Positions 51,842-60,143 of a stretch of DNA of 64,000 nt are shown in pieces; the first letter of the stretch is position 1, and every line of letters starts with the position of its first letter. Position numbers and translations under genes: made by a program. The DNA is from a virus, in the IMG/VR virus record IMGVR_UViG_3300050821_016647, positions 63,530 through 127,529 of that record. The stretch is one strand, 5' to 3'. The notes below the pieces were generated by a model that ran no database searches, was not told the DNA's origin, and saw only the letters and a program-made list of their open reading frames with translations.

Positions 51842-52127
51842 TCTTGTCCTCGACCTCTTCTTCCCCAGCCTTCTCCCGCGCTCGTCGACAGAACGGGCAC
51901 GAGTTTTCGTTGCAGACGCCGAACGAGTGCTCGCGTTCGATCGTGAACGCCTTCGAGACCTTGTAGTAGGCGATGGCGGCCTCGTCGAGCTCCCGCAGGG
52001 TCTCTGGGCTTCGGACGCGTCCGCGAGCGATGGCGGCTTCGATCATCAGGTCGAGCTTGGCGGTGACGTCCGAGCTGACGGCGCGGGCCTGGCCGTTGGC
52101 GCGGGGGAGGTTGTGGTCTCTAGGCAT
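51834..52127 (-). CDS. hypothetical protein
   Basis: start MPRDHN at 52127. Confidence 0.55.
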   Translation of the reverse strand: MPRDHNLPRANGQARAVSSDVTAKLDLMIEAAIARGRVRSPETLRELDEAAIAYYKVSKAFTIEREHSFGVCNENSCPFCRRAREKAGEEEVEDKSA

Positions 52128-52690
52128 TAGAGTCTCCCCCGCGACACCTTCCAACGTACCTCGTCGACGAGTCGATCAAATTCATCCGCGGCGTACAGAC
52201 CGAGATACTTGGCGATGATCTTTCGCGTTTTTCTTTCGTTGATCTTCTTGTTGGCGATGAGCCACTGCAAGTCCAAGTCGTCTTTGCCGCGCCAAGCCGC
52301 CATTTTCATGGCGGCGATGTACTCGGCACGAGCTACCGGCATTGCCGCGAGGCGGGTCCTGATAGCTTTTGAAATCACTTCTTCGTAAAGCGGTGCGTAT
52401 TCGTCATCCCGAATGACGATGTCGACGGGGGCGCCGTTTGGGGCCTTGGTCTGAAATCCGCCGAACGATAGCGACTTGCCAACAGGCAATTCCTCGATGG
52501 GTTCGTAGGCCGCTACATCTACGTCGCCGGTCAAACGGTCCGATCCGTAGAGTTGCATAGCGTAACCACCGATGAGGGCGACCTGGACGCGCTCGTCCTT
52601 GGCGAGAATGGCAATCTCGGTCGTCGCCTCCGCGAGTACCGCCGGAGCAAGAAACTTGTGTCTGGTTCGGCCGGTCATCAGGGACCTCAT
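52127..52690 (-). CDS. nucleotidyltransferase (DUF6036/AbiEii-like), second paralog
   Basis: VALIGGYAMQLYGSDRLTGDVDV; MKMAAWRGKDDLD. Confidence 0.75.
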   Translation of the reverse strand: MRSLMTGRTRHKFLAPAVLAEATTEIAILAKDERVQVALIGGYAMQLYGSDRLTGDVDVAAYEPIEELPVGKSLSFGGFQTKAPNGAPVDIVIRDDEYAPLYEEVISKAIRTRLAAMPVARAEYIAAMKMAAWRGKDDLDLQWLIANKKINERKTRKIIAKYLGLYAADEFDRLVDEVRWKVSRGRL

Positions 52691-52852
52691 TCTTTACGAC
52701 GGCGCTCACCCGTCGGGTGGTATTTGTCCAGCTCGTCTCTGCCAGCGGGTGTGAGTGCGTATTCGTTTTCTTGAATTTGGACGTACCCTTTACGCTTCAA
52801 TCGACCGATAGCACCGCTCACCGTGCGCGAACCGACGTGGCCTCCCTTGCCG
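52687..52852 (-). CDS. wHTH-like fragment, start uncertain (possible frameshift upstream)
   Basis: GAIGRLKRKGYV....YALTPAGR. Confidence 0.35.
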
Positions 52853-52912
52853 GCCCACGGGTCGGTCATCATTCGGATATGCGCCACGCTACGATGGCTT
52901 CGAGCTCCGTCA

Positions 52913-53653
52913 TCATGTCGAGGGCGGCCGGTCGGTGGAAGCGACGGGTGAGACAGCGTCCATTCCACGTAGTTCTTGCATCGTTGCGTCGTCAGGGATG
53001 ACGTCGAGATCAACGTTCGTGAGGATGCCCGAAATGATGCTCGCCTGCGACCATTGCCAGACCTGCCACGACGTGAACGGGTCCCAGAGTGCCGGCTTGT
53101 TGCCGTCGAGAGGACGAACGCCGGTTGGACGCGCCGGCCAGAATGGACGCGCAGCGAAGTCCATCAGTCCAGCTCCGCCAATCATCGACCAGAAATATTG
53201 GTCCGAGTAGAGACCTACTTTTCGTCCGCTGAGAGACTCGAGCTTGTTTGCGTATCGGCTGAACCAGTCGGCGATTTGAGCTTTGCTGCACTTCCACATG
53301 GCCCACTGTGACGGATCCGGCCACTCGGCGTCGATCATCGTAGTGAGGTCGCCTTCATTCGAGCCGAGACCGGCGGAGGCAGTGAAGTGGAGCTGGGCTT
53401 GTTCCTCTGGTGCACGACCGGCGGGAAGACCAGGACCGCTCGGGAGCGGGTAGCAGAAGTGATAGCAGCCAATAATGAGTCCCTGAGCCCGAGCTCCAGC
53501 CACGTTCTTGGTGAACATCGGGTCGGCGTCGAGACCGTCCACCTCGGTGTTGCCGTTGCCGCACTTCGCGTAAACGAACGATACGCCGGACTGCGCGACT
53601 TTGAGCCAGTCAATGGAGCCTTGCTCTTCTGAGACGTCGAGTCCGTAGATCAT
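52913..53653 (-). CDS. GH25 lysozyme (endolysin)
   Basis: start MIYGLDVSEEQGSIDW at 53653; GCYHF, IDAE (DxE), WQW. Confidence 0.88.
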   Translation of the reverse strand: MIYGLDVSEEQGSIDWLKVAQSGVSFVYAKCGNGNTEVDGLDADPMFTKNVAGARAQGLIIGCYHFCYPLPSGPGLPAGRAPEEQAQLHFTASAGLGSNEGDLTTMIDAEWPDPSQWAMWKCSKAQIADWFSRYANKLESLSGRKVGLYSDQYFWSMIGGAGLMDFAARPFWPARPTGVRPLDGNKPALWDPFTSWQVWQWSQASIISGILTNVDLDVIPDDATMQELRGMDAVSPVASTDRPPST

Positions 53654-54027
53654 TTGTCTTTTCCGTATCGGTTCGGCGGAGCGCCGAGACTTTCGGCCGC
53701 TTCGTTGAGGTTCTTGATCGTCATCGGAACAGATCGGAACGCGTAGTGCTCGTCCAGCATGGCGAGCGCCTTTCGAAGCACCACTCGGAGGTCTTGCTTC
53801 CCCCAAAACGTCACCGCGGCGGAGTCATCATCGCCGGGCCGATGCATGAACGGGCCTTGAAGCTGTCGCGGCTCAGTCGCTGGCAGACCGCGCCCTCTGT
53901 CGGCGGCCGGAATGGTCACCGGAAGTTCCAAGTAGAACCGGAGCCCGGTGAAGGTTTGCCCGTCGATTTCCTTGCCGATGATCTCGACTCGGTCCGTCAT
54001 CTCTTCCGCGTACACATTGACTCTCAT
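53650..54027 (-). CDS. conserved phage protein
   Basis: MRVNVYAEE.TDRVE...GLRFYLE...DDDSAAVTFW. Confidence 0.7.
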   Translation of the reverse strand: MRVNVYAEEMTDRVEIIGKEIDGQTFTGLRFYLELPVTIPAADRGRGLPATEPRQLQGPFMHRPGDDDSAAVTFWGKQDLRVVLRKALAMLDEHYAFRSVPMTIKNLNEAAESLGAPPNRYGKDK

Positions 54028-54476
54028 GTTTTCTCCTTCTCCAGCTCGGCGAGTTTTGCTTTGAGCGCCCGTGCTTCGATGAGCAGCTCCGTGCATCGGG
54101 CTTGCGTGACGGTCAGCTGCTGGAACATCGCTCCATACTGCCGCTGGAGACTCACGATGTCGTGAACGAGGGGAGCGCCGACCGGGACCACTTCGAACGA
54201 ATGGGTCGGATAGTTCTTGCGGAGATACTCGGCTTCGGACAGGGCGTCGGCGAAGGGCAGCTCGTCCGGCTTCCATTCCTGTTCGGCTTTTTCGTCGTCG
54301 TAGCGTATCGTCCACCGTGTCTGGCGGATGCGATAGAGCTTGACCGGTTCGGTCGGTCGAGGCGTGCCGCAGAATCTACAGACCTTGTGGTCTTCCTTCG
54401 CGGTGCCCGTCCAGCCCTTGCACTCGGGGTTCAAGCAGTCGAAGCCAGGGAGGAGGATGCCGTCGGAGGAGGTCAT
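54024..54476 (-). CDS. hypothetical protein (Zn ribbon + coiled coil)
   Basis: C..PEC.GWTG...CRFCG. Confidence 0.6.
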   Translation of the reverse strand: MTSSDGILLPGFDCLNPECKGWTGTAKEDHKVCRFCGTPRPTEPVKLYRIRQTRWTIRYDDEKAEQEWKPDELPFADALSEAEYLRKNYPTHSFEVVPVGAPLVHDIVSLQRQYGAMFQQLTVTQARCTELLIEARALKAKLAELEKEKT

Positions 54477-54559
54477 GTGCTAGACTCCTCGGCGAAATTG
54501 GAAATACCCCGCAGCGCGCGAACGCCCGGGGCACGGCGGGTCTTAGGAGGACCCACGCG

Positions 54560-54988
54560 ATGGAGATTACACTCGAACTCGCAGAGTCGCTCATAGAAAA
54601 GTTCCTGCCGTACATCGACATCAACGGGCCCTTGATGCCAGGAATGTCGACGAATTGTCACACGTGGACAGGAGGCAGCGGAGGAAGATCGGATAGGTAC
54701 GGGCGCATTCCTGTTGGTCACGTGGACGAGGTGCTCGTTCATAGATTGTCCTGGGTTTTGAACCGCGGACTGATCCAGGATGGGTTGTTCGTGTTGCACA
54801 GGTGCGACAATCCACCGTGTGTCAGGAAGGAGCATTTTGACTGTCGCAGCGAGATGGTCCGACATCAGAGAATTGGCGAGGGACGTCGAGTCCAAGATGA
54901 CGAACTCAGAAGTGGGACCTCCAACGCTTCCAGGCAAAAAATCCTAGAAAGCCTCCAACCAATCCGCCCCAGACCATCGAAGTCGTAG
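54560..54988 (+). pseudogene. truncated HNH homing endonuclease (HNH_3 type), opposite strand
   Basis: CHTWTG...YG...VHRLSW...VLHRCDNPPCV; canonical C-terminal part lost. Confidence 0.6.
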
Positions 54989-55664
54989 ACGGAAAGATGC
55001 CACCGGCCAGATCGATTTGCGTTTGGATGTAATTCCACAAGTCTGGGTGGTTGTTCTGAGCGTTAGTGATTGCGGTTTGTAGGTCGCCCAGCGTAATCGA
55101 GCCTTTTCCGTCAGGATCAAGACTCGTATTGCTCGAATACCAAGGGTCGCCAGACTGGGAGATGACGAATGAACTCGACTCACCGGGTTGGAACGTAGCC
55201 GGGAGGAAGTTCAATTGGTAAAGTTCGGCACCACTGATAGAGCCGAGTCCGTACTTGGTGAGCCAATTTTGGAAGTATGCGAACACGTATGGAAGCTGTG
55301 CGCTTACCGTAAGCTGAGTGTATTCGTCGACCGTCATGTCTCCGAGGAAGTTCTGACTTCCAGGGCATTGCTGGTTCAAACCTACGCAGCCGATAGAATT
55401 TTGAGCCGATGGGTTGAACCCACTCTCACTGATGAGCAGGCCGGCGACGTCTCCTGGGTCCGCTCCTATTGCTTGACACCCAGCTACGAAGACGCTCGCC
55501 CAGCCGGTGTCGAAGTAGTCCGGTGGCGAGTAGCTCTGCCCGAGGCCCCGTAGGCGACGCCGCGTGGGCCGGTTGAGAATCGAGACCGGCTGTCGCGTCT
55601 TGGCCGGAGACCAGATGCGGCCGGCGGGCGAGGGGTGCGGGGCGTGGAAGTCGTAGAAGTGCAT
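54906..55664 (-). CDS. lytic transglycosylase with C-terminal TM anchor
   Basis: ISESGFNPSAQN..GCVGLNQ; QLPYV..YF; Y..N..LD.DG...IT; TM WGGLVGGFLGFFAW then KRWR. Confidence 0.8.
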   Translation of the reverse strand: MHFYDFHAPHPSPAGRIWSPAKTRQPVSILNRPTRRRLRGLGQSYSPPDYFDTGWASVFVAGCQAIGADPGDVAGLLISESGFNPSAQNSIGCVGLNQQCPGSQNFLGDMTVDEYTQLTVSAQLPYVFAYFQNWLTKYGLGSISGAELYQLNFLPATFQPGESSSFVISQSGDPWYSSNTSLDPDGKGSITLGDLQTAITNAQNNHPDLWNYIQTQIDLAGGIFPSTTSMVWGGLVGGFLGFFAWKRWRSHF

Positions 55665-55680
55665 AGCTCGAAGTCTACCG

Positions 55681-56151
55681 CTACTTGCGGCGCGCGGCGT
55701 GGCTTTCCATGACGCGTCTGATGCCGCCCATTCGCCGTCGCTCGGCCTTGTCTTCTTTCTCGCCTTTTTGAGTCGGCTCGTTCAGCGCGAGCTGTATTTC
55801 CACGATAGCCCGAGCGTCGTTGACGTAGTTCTCGGCGCAGCGTGCCTCCTCCGGCGTCCGGAGCCCGAGCTGGTCGAGTGGGACGGGTGGGTCTTGTCGT
55901 ACGAAGAGCGGAGCTTCGGCGGTGCCGAGGCCCATCACAGCGTCAACAAGACGGTCACCGGCCGGCGGTTCGAGGGAGCCTGGTGGGTCCCATCGAGCTT
56001 CTTTTCCAGCTTCAAGTCTGTCGGCGAGTGCTTCAGCGCGGGAGATGACGCTGTCGTGATAAGCGTCCGTCTCTCCCTCTTCAGCTTCAAAGTAGGCTTT
56101 GTTGTTGTAGATGACGAGGACCGCTCGTTGGATAAATTCGGCGCGTGTCAT
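55681..56151 (-). CDS. hypothetical protein
   Basis: coupled ORF. Confidence 0.55.
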   Translation of the reverse strand: MTRAEFIQRAVLVIYNNKAYFEAEEGETDAYHDSVISRAEALADRLEAGKEARWDPPGSLEPPAGDRLVDAVMGLGTAEAPLFVRQDPPVPLDQLGLRTPEEARCAENYVNDARAIVEIQLALNEPTQKGEKEDKAERRRMGGIRRVMESHAARRK

Positions 56152-56510
56152 GCAACCCCCTGAGCAATCTTCCGGAGAGTGTCTCGGTGTTGGCCGTCGT
56201 TATTGTCGAGACTCTTCTCGGCTAGCTCACGCACCCTCTTCAGCTCGGCACGGAGCGACGCTTCGGTGTTGTCCACTACCGCGGGAGCTACTCGCAGGTC
56301 CGCCGCGAGCTTGACCTCGACGATTTGCCGCGCGCACGGTCCGCAAACGCTGTAGTTGATAGAGAAGACCGACTTTTTGCTGGTGTCCCAGATGAGACCT
56401 TTGGTGCACGAGATGTGAATCTCGTGTGTGGCCTGCTCCTTCGCGCATGTCATGCAGAGCGAGACGTTATCGTCGAAGGGACCATTGGCGGTTTCACTGG
56501 GCTTCTTCAT
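56148..56510 (-). CDS. Zn-finger plus coiled-coil protein
   Basis: CMTC...VCGPC. Confidence 0.55.
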   Translation of the reverse strand: MKKPSETANGPFDDNVSLCMTCAKEQATHEIHISCTKGLIWDTSKKSVFSINYSVCGPCARQIVEVKLAADLRVAPAVVDNTEASLRAELKRVRELAEKSLDNNDGQHRDTLRKIAQGVA

Positions 56511-56629
56511 GGCTTCCTCTCGAACACCTTCGCCAGCGCCGCGCTCTTGCGCTTCTCCTGCTCGACCTCGGCCTTGTGACCGAGCCAGCCGATGAGAGCC
56601 CCGAGGGCGAAGCAGAGGGCGAGGGTCAC
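56507..56629 (-). CDS. small single-TM protein
   Basis: GTGA-coupled; LALCFALGALIGWLG. Confidence 0.5.
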   Translation of the reverse strand: MTLALCFALGALIGWLGHKAEVEQEKRKSAALAKVFERKP

Positions 56630-56781
56630 GGTCCACCTACGATGTCGTGCGGACGGTATTGTGGCGTGTTGAAGTACGCCCAAGCGTGTCGGATGGGAGT
56701 TTGCAACATCTTGATTGCCGTAGACCACCATCGACGGTTCCTACGACGCAGTTTTTGAAGTCTACGGCGGGCTTTGTTCAT
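56626..56781 (-). CDS. small basic protein
   Basis: start MNKARRR at 56781. Confidence 0.4.
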   Translation of the reverse strand: MNKARRRLQKLRRRNRRWWSTAIKMLQTPIRHAWAYFNTPQYRPHDIVGGP

Positions 56782-57068
56782 CTCGTGCTCACCCTCACGC
56801 CTGTCCGCGTCGCTGCGTAGAGTGTCCGGTGCTCGTTCGGCTGGCGGGACCTCTCGACGAATCCGAGCTTCACGAGCCCTTTGACGACTTTGCCCGCTGG
56901 GCGCGCGAAGGGGCACGAGCAGTTGCTACTTCTCTTGTTACTGTTGATACCCCAGAGCGAGTCGCCGAGGTTCGCGCACGAGATTGGCCCGTGCGCAACG
57001 ATGAGCTTGAGGGCGGCGAGTTGGGTGGCCGTCATGCGACGCCTCGTTGCAGACCGGTGCTCACTCAC
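56778..57068 (-). CDS. winged-HTH-like protein
   Basis: MTATQLAALKLI...LVKLGFVER...Y..TRTG. Confidence 0.55.
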   Translation of the reverse strand: MSEHRSATRRRMTATQLAALKLIVAHGPISCANLGDSLWGINSNKRSSNCSCPFARPAGKVVKGLVKLGFVERSRQPNEHRTLYAATRTGVRVSTR

Positions 57069-57325
57069 ACCCTCCCCTCGCGCTTCGCCTGCTCGTTCGC
57101 GTCGTACTCAGCTTTGAGCCGTACGCGCCTCAGGACCGTGTACTCCTTCATCCACCGATAGACGCTCGCGCGGATGACGTTGAGCTCCTCGGCGGCTTCA
57201 GTGACGCTGCCGTTGTTGTTGCGAAGTGCTGCGGCGACGATGCTGATGGCCTCGTCCTTGGCGTCGTCGTCGCCCGACTTCGCCAAGGCGAACAGCGCGG
57301 AGAGGCGCGGGTTGCCGGACGGCAC
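57065..57325 (-). CDS. Fis-type HTH (HTH_8) DNA-binding protein
   Basis: AALRNNNGSVTEAAEELNVIRASVYRWMKEY. Confidence 0.8.
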   Translation of the reverse strand: MPSGNPRLSALFALAKSGDDDAKDEAISIVAAALRNNNGSVTEAAEELNVIRASVYRWMKEYTVLRRVRLKAEYDANEQAKREGRV

Positions 57326-57326
57326 G

Positions 57327-58457
57327 TCACTTCTCCCCTGTGAGTCGTGCGAGAGGTACCGTAACGGGCAGCGGACGATCTCGAGCGTCGAGCTTCGCGC
57401 GCATCTTGCTTAGTTCGATACGGGCAGCTTCGGCGTGGAGACTGTCGGAGACCTTCGAGAGGTACTGTCGAAACTCAGCACTGTAGAGGGGCTCTTTCGA
57501 CAGGCCGTACAACTTCACGCCCATCTCGTTGAGCGCGGCGCTCGGGACGTGACCGGAGACCTTCACTGGTGGGGGAAGGTCACTTGGTACGAGTGAGTCG
57601 AGAAACGGTGCAGGCACGGTCGGTACCGCCGCCGGCACGGGCGGCATAGGCTCCGCGTGGAAATCGTTGATGTTCGTTCCGTTTTGCTTGCGCAGACCCA
57701 GACCCTCGGGAGCCGGCTGCACATCAGGAAACGCGGGTCGAGTCGGCGCATTTTTGCCGAGCCAGATGGCCGCGATGCCACCGCTCGGATGCATCTCGAT
57801 GACGGCATCGTTACCGGTGCCGTAGCGTCGACGCATGGCGACGTGATCGGTCACATGGATCGAGGAGTACGCCCACGCATTCTGACCGGACTTGCTAGAA
57901 GTCTCGTAAGCCGCATCGGATTGCGCACGCTTGTAGGCGGCGTTGCGCGCTGCCGACTCGCCTTCGAGCAAGAGTCGCTCTTTGCTGTCTTCGGCAGCCA
58001 ACGGAGACAGAGCCAAAGCAACCGCTCCTTCCTTCACAGGCTCACCAGGCTCCTGCGCTTTGACGAACTCGGCCGCCTTCTGCTCGATGCCCAGTCGAGC
58101 CTGTAGACCCTTCAGGAACTCGCTCCCAGGCCCTTCGTCGACTGGCGCGTACTCAGGAAACGCCTCGGTCGTCGGCTCACCCTCGCCGGACCAGACCGCC
58201 CAGACGCCGTCCTTGTGCGTGACAGCGGCCGTCTCAGGTAGCTTGTAGAAGCTCCTGATGTAGGAGACCTCACCGCCAACCTCTGTGACCTTCTTGGTCG
58301 TTTCGGCGTCCGCGGAGTCGATCTGGAGAAACTGCCACTTGCGCTTTTTGGCGATGACGCGAACGTGGGCCATCACGCCGAGCGTCTGTTCAACATGAAA
58401 TTCTTTGCCGGTAACGGTCGGGTCGGTCTTGTCTTCGGGGAAGATTTCGGTGGTCAT
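57327..58457 (-). CDS. hypothetical protein
   Basis: 376 aa ORF, first gene after a promoter. Confidence 0.6.
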   Translation of the reverse strand: MTTEIFPEDKTDPTVTGKEFHVEQTLGVMAHVRVIAKKRKWQFLQIDSADAETTKKVTEVGGEVSYIRSFYKLPETAAVTHKDGVWAVWSGEGEPTTEAFPEYAPVDEGPGSEFLKGLQARLGIEQKAAEFVKAQEPGEPVKEGAVALALSPLAAEDSKERLLLEGESAARNAAYKRAQSDAAYETSSKSGQNAWAYSSIHVTDHVAMRRRYGTGNDAVIEMHPSGGIAAIWLGKNAPTRPAFPDVQPAPEGLGLRKQNGTNINDFHAEPMPPVPAAVPTVPAPFLDSLVPSDLPPPVKVSGHVPSAALNEMGVKLYGLSKEPLYSAEFRQYLSKVSDSLHAEAARIELSKMRAKLDARDRPLPVTVPLARLTGEK

Positions 58458-58468
58458 GGTCGTCTTTC

Positions 58469-58497
58469 GTAATACGCGTGTGTGCAGTCACACTCAA
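58469..58497 (-). promoter_or_regulatory. sigma70-like promoter
   Basis: TTGAGT-17 nt-TATTAC; GTAATACGCGTGTG identical to 12209-12222. Confidence 0.5.
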
Positions 58498-58500
58498 GGG

Positions 58501-58872
58501 CTATTTCTTGCGTGCCGGTGCCTTGGCGGGCACGGCGGCGAGCTGTGCACCGCCGCTGCGAGCGGTCTGCCGTTTGACCATCTCGGCTCGAATTTCCTTC
58601 AGCGTGTCGATGGCCTCGTCGACGTCCTCGATAGAGAGCGCGATGGCGACGTCCTTCGGATCGCCTTTGGGGTCATCGTTTTCTTCGATGACGAGAACCT
58701 CGTCGTGTGCCGGACTCTCGGCGTCCGCTTCGACCGGGTGGATCTCGAAGACGAGACCGTTCTCGGTCTCCCAGGACTCGATGCCGTCGTCCTCTTCGTC
58801 GTCGAGGCCCTCTTCCTCTTCCTCATCCTCATCGTCTTCAGGCTCATTGGGATCATCCAGCACGTCACTCAT
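58501..58872 (-). CDS. highly acidic protein
   Basis: AAGGAG RBS; EDDEDEEEEEGLDDEEDDG; basic C-terminal tip. Confidence 0.7.
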   Translation of the reverse strand: MSDVLDDPNEPEDDEDEEEEEGLDDEEDDGIESWETENGLVFEIHPVEADAESPAHDEVLVIEENDDPKGDPKDVAIALSIEDVDEAIDTLKEIRAEMVKRQTARSGGAQLAAVPAKAPARKK

Positions 58873-58955
58873 GGCGTTCTCCTTCGGTCGGACCCAGCGG
58901 TAAAGCCGGGCGGTAGTGTACGGCAAATGAACATCAGCGCGGCGTCGCAGGTGCG

Positions 58956-59285
58956 TCATGCTCTCTTCCGTGTTCGTGTTCCTGGCATCTGCGGTACGCG
59001 CGGAGGGACACGTAGCTCCCAGCGGAGGTTCTTGACGTTCGCGTTGTGCTTGTCGCCGTCGAGGAACGTGCAGCGATAACGCAGCGACGGACGCGGGCTA
59101 ACGAATGCTTCGAGTACGACGACGCCGACTCTCCGGTCGTGCGCCTTGCCGTCGCGAATGAGACGTACGCGTTGGAAGCCGTAGTTGGCGACGGCAGCGA
59201 TGCGCAGGCCCGTGAGCTTGCTTCGTACGAGGCCCTCGTTGGAGACCTCGTAGGCGGGGAAGTCGAGGATGGTGCGCCAGATCAT
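58956..59285 (-). CDS. NUMOD4 plus degenerate HNH protein
   Basis: WRTI..FPAYEVSNEGLVRS; VVLEAFV...DGDKHN....NLRW, with the expected His residues absent. Confidence 0.75.
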   Translation of the reverse strand: MIWRTILDFPAYEVSNEGLVRSKLTGLRIAAVANYGFQRVRLIRDGKAHDRRVGVVVLEAFVSPRPSLRYRCTFLDGDKHNANVKNLRWELRVPPRVPQMPGTRTRKRA

Positions 59286-59313
59286 CTGGCCTTCCTCCAC
59301 ACGTATGAGTGTG

Positions 59314-59538
59314 TCATCGCCCGTCGACCGCTTTCCGCCACCGCCGGTCGAGGTCCGCGGCGATCCAGTTGAGGTGGGTGTAGTCGTCGATGGTTTTGGC
59401 GCGAGTGCTTTCTCTACGGCAAAGCGCCGCGAGGTCACCGAGCAAGCGGGGACTCAGCTCGGGTGCTGGTTTCACTGGCGCTGGTTTCACTGGCGCCGCT
59501 TTGGTGACGGGCAGCTGCGGGAAGGCGTAGTCTTTCAC
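59314..59538 (-). CDS. hypothetical protein with APVKP repeat
   Basis: GTGA-coupled; 2 x 15 bp repeat near 59466-59495. Confidence 0.5.
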   Translation of the reverse strand: MKDYAFPQLPVTKAAPVKPAPVKPAPELSPRLLGDLAALCRRESTRAKTIDDYTHLNWIAADLDRRWRKAVDGR

Positions 59539-60143
59539 GGGTCCTCACACGTCACGAGCGGCGCGCCGCCGACCATACTGCACCCGGCATAGACTTGGGT
59601 CGATTTGCAGAGCTGAGCGGGGATCGCTACGGATGCCTCGATGCAGGCGCAGGCATACGTGCCTTTGCACTGACACTCGGCCGGGGTCGCGGCGAGCGAG
59701 CTGACGCCGGACGTGCTGTCGTAGACGCAGTAGTTGGTCGGGGTCGTGGAGATTGCGGTCGTGTCCGGACACAGAACCGTCGCGGTTCCAAACGGTGTGC
59801 ATCCGGTATCCGGGGGCGAGGCCACGTCCTTGAGGGAGGAGTCGTGGCCGGCGTCTACGAGAGCGGCGTCGACGGGAGCGGCGTCGACGGGCGGCGCGAC
59901 GTCGCGGTCCGCATCGTGCCCTCCCTCGGAAATGAAGCAAGTACAACAGGAAGCCTCCGGATGAAGCAGGACGTCACAGCGGCAGCAAGGCGCGTCTTGC
60001 GCAGCTTCGTTTCCGCGAACGTCTTTGCCGGCCTCAGGCGAGGATCCGCCTTCGGCGCTGGAGTAGTGAGATGTCTCGAAGGGAGCACCGCATGCGGCGA
60101 TGGTGCTCAGAGAAACGAGACAGAGAAGAAACGTGTACCTCAT
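59535..60143 (-). CDS. Cys-rich lipoprotein
   Basis: MRYTFLLCLVSLSTIAAC lipobox; DAA/DAG low-complexity linker; 8-Cys C-terminal domain. Confidence 0.7.
   Translation of the reverse strand: MRYTFLLCLVSLSTIAACGAPFETSHYSSAEGGSSPEAGKDVRGNEAAQDAPCCRCDVLLHPEASCCTCFISEGGHDADRDVAPPVDAAPVDAALVDAGHDSSLKDVASPPDTGCTPFGTATVLCPDTTAISTTPTNYCVYDSTSGVSSLAATPAECQCKGTYACACIEASVAIPAQLCKSTQVYAGCSMVGGAPLVTCEDP

Noticed and set aside
52852-52916. Possible frameshift joining MTELEAIVAWRI to the wHTH-like frame
   Set aside because: Plausible, but no homolog evidence is available by eye and there is no slippery site.
59466-59495. 2 x 15 bp tandem repeat
   Set aside because: Encodes an APVKP linker; ordinary slippage duplication.
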